From Octopus sinensis (lineage: Eukaryota), in assembly GCF_006345805.1 (NCBI RefSeq), contig NC_043004.1:95046001-95110000 (forward strand): a DNA stretch of 64,000 nucleotides, written 5' to 3'. Below, in pieces: positions 61,940 through 64,000 of the stretch. A model generated the notes under the pieces. That model worked only from the letters and a program-made list of their open reading frames with translations, had not been told where the DNA came from and did not search any database. Made by a program: the position numbers and the translations under genes. Position 1 is the stretch's first letter. The number at the start of each line of letters is the position of its first letter.

Positions 61940-62370
61940 TTATCATTTGTGTGTATGCATGTGTATGTGTGTGTGTTTATGTGTGTATTTGTGTCTGTGT
62001 GAGAGAGTGTGTGTGTGTGTATGTGTGTATGTGTGTGAGTGAGTGTACATGTGTGTGTGTTGGTGTGTGGGTTGTGTGTGTGTTTGTGCACATGTAAGAG
62101 AGAGAGTAAGAGAGAGAGAGAGTGCATGGGTGGGTGGGATAGAGAGAGATAATGCGTGGGTGGGTGGGAGAGAGAGTGTGTGTGTGTGTGTGTGTGGTGT
62201 GTGTGTGTGTGTGTGTGTGTGTGTGCACGCATACAAAAGCAAGCAGGTATATGTATGTGTGAATAGAATAATTGGATTTAGCTAAAATTTGTTTGAAATT
62301 CCATAGGCTAGACTTACAAAATATGGAATTTAAGAAAAAATTTATTTTAGGTGTCTAATACAGTGTTGTG

Positions 62371-62408
<38 letters not shown>

Positions 62409-62955
62409 TATAGATATGTATGTATGTATGTCTATATATATATATGTATTTATAATTATAATTATATATATATATATATTTGTGTATATATATGTGTATA
62501 TATATGTATTTATAATTATAATTATATATATATATTTGTGTATATATATGTGTATATTTATATTATATATATATATATATAATATTATATATATATATAT
62601 ATATTATATATATATATATATATATAATATATTATATATATATATACATATATATTATATATATACATACATACATACAACTGAGCATGTACATGAATTG
62701 CAGAAAGAGAGAGAAAAATCATATTAATAAGCAAATAACTTCACATATACATATGTATGTATGTATGCATGTATATATGTACATATGTACATTAGCTTGA
62801 TTACTCAATATTTGATTACTGTAAACATCTTTTAAAAAAACAAGTTTATTTATACATATATATATGTGTGTGTATATATATATACATACACATATATATG
62901 TATGTATATATATGTGTGTGTGTGCACATATGTGAGTGTATATATGTGTGTATGT

Positions 62956-62994
<39 letters not shown>

Positions 62995-63000
62995 CACATA
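61940..63000. repeat. (TG)n/(GA)n/(TA)n microsatellite region
   Basis: Direct inspection. Confidence 0.95.
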
Positions 63001-63861
63001 ATCAATTCACAGCCTATTTACAACGATTTTGGTGATGTTGACATTTCATCCGTTTAGCTTAATTAAATATTTCACACTGCCAGGTATAAGGTGAGCAGGG
63101 CGCAGAAAGAGGCTACATGAGATTGTGGAAGTGATGGATATAAATTGTGTGAATTTGTATGCAAATGAGGAAGAAGCCACGTGTGTATGTGTGCAAATGT
63201 GTACTTTATGTGTAGTATGATTGGATTGGTGAGTAGAGGGGAAAACACAAGTATGTTCGTTCATTACTTGTCAAACACAGTCATTGGTCAAAACTAAATA
63301 TTATCAGCAGCTAACCTCAAGTCAGTTCCAGTTAATCAAAGGAAAACAAGACATATTTACTTGGAGCTTTTCGTGTTCTCAGAGTTTTTATTATTGTTTT
63401 TCTTTTTATGTCATCATTTTGTTTATTTTTTCTTTTTTGAAAATGTTTTGTGACTTAGTTACATTTTTGTTTGGTTTTTACTTGTTTTTTTTTTCTTTTG
63501 TGGATTATGTTATTTTTTTCAAAGAAATGACTTGTAAAATTATTGAAAAAATAAAAATTAATCAACTTTTTTTTTCTATTTAAATTATATTTTACATTAA
63601 TTAAATATATTTATTTTTATTAATTAACATATGGATTTAAAGAAGTATGAGTGCTCATATATGCATCTGCATGTATGTGTATGCATGTATATGTGTGTAT
63701 ATATATATGTGTGTGTATATATATATATATATAACATGCGTATGTGTGTGTGAATATATACTCACCCACTCATGCACACACCACATATACTTACCATATT
63801 CACTTTACACATTTATATATATTTATATACACTCTATATAAATTTATATATAATGTGTATG

Positions 63862-63896
<35 letters not shown>

Positions 63897-64000
63897 TATT
63901 CATTTAAAGAAACCATTTGTTTTTGTTGTAGATTATGATCTTCAATAATTAAATTTCTATTATGCTTTCAGGATGTATTTTTACAGAAAATATTTTTTCA

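Noticed and set aside
63085-63190. Exon-like frame RKRLHEIVEVMDINCVNLYANEEEA
   Set aside because: The good acceptor at ~63084 gives stops in all three frames, and the alternative splice sites are weak.

Overview
AT-rich, repeat-dense animal genomic DNA, almost certainly from an octopus. This is inferred from a GC-expanded coleoid-type 18S and from tRNA-derived SINE families of the octopus OK/OR type. The window opens with a 63-bp minisatellite and an isolated, 5'-truncated, mutated 18S rRNA + partial ITS1 copy (about 750-2750). The rest is (TA)n/(CA)n/(GAT)n microsatellites, at least five SINE families, decayed LINEs (RTE, two R4/Dong-like, Rex1/Babar-like), Tc1/mariner fossils, several MITEs (Merlin-like with internal TTAGGG, hAT, piggyBac, Tc1) and a non-autonomous Helitron. 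No complete protein-coding gene is visible; a few phase-compatible candidate exons suggest a sparse + strand host gene. The most notable signal is a set of short, often inverted-pair elements carrying type I hammerhead ribozyme motifs (Penelope pseudo-LTR-like), in six families plus one doubtful one. It includes one fully canonical hammerhead at 39665-39765 with a long stem II, a covarying homolog at 31910-31996, and a hotspot of four different families within about 1 kb of (TA)n DNA (39180-40140). All calls were made by eye; none were checked by database search or folding software.
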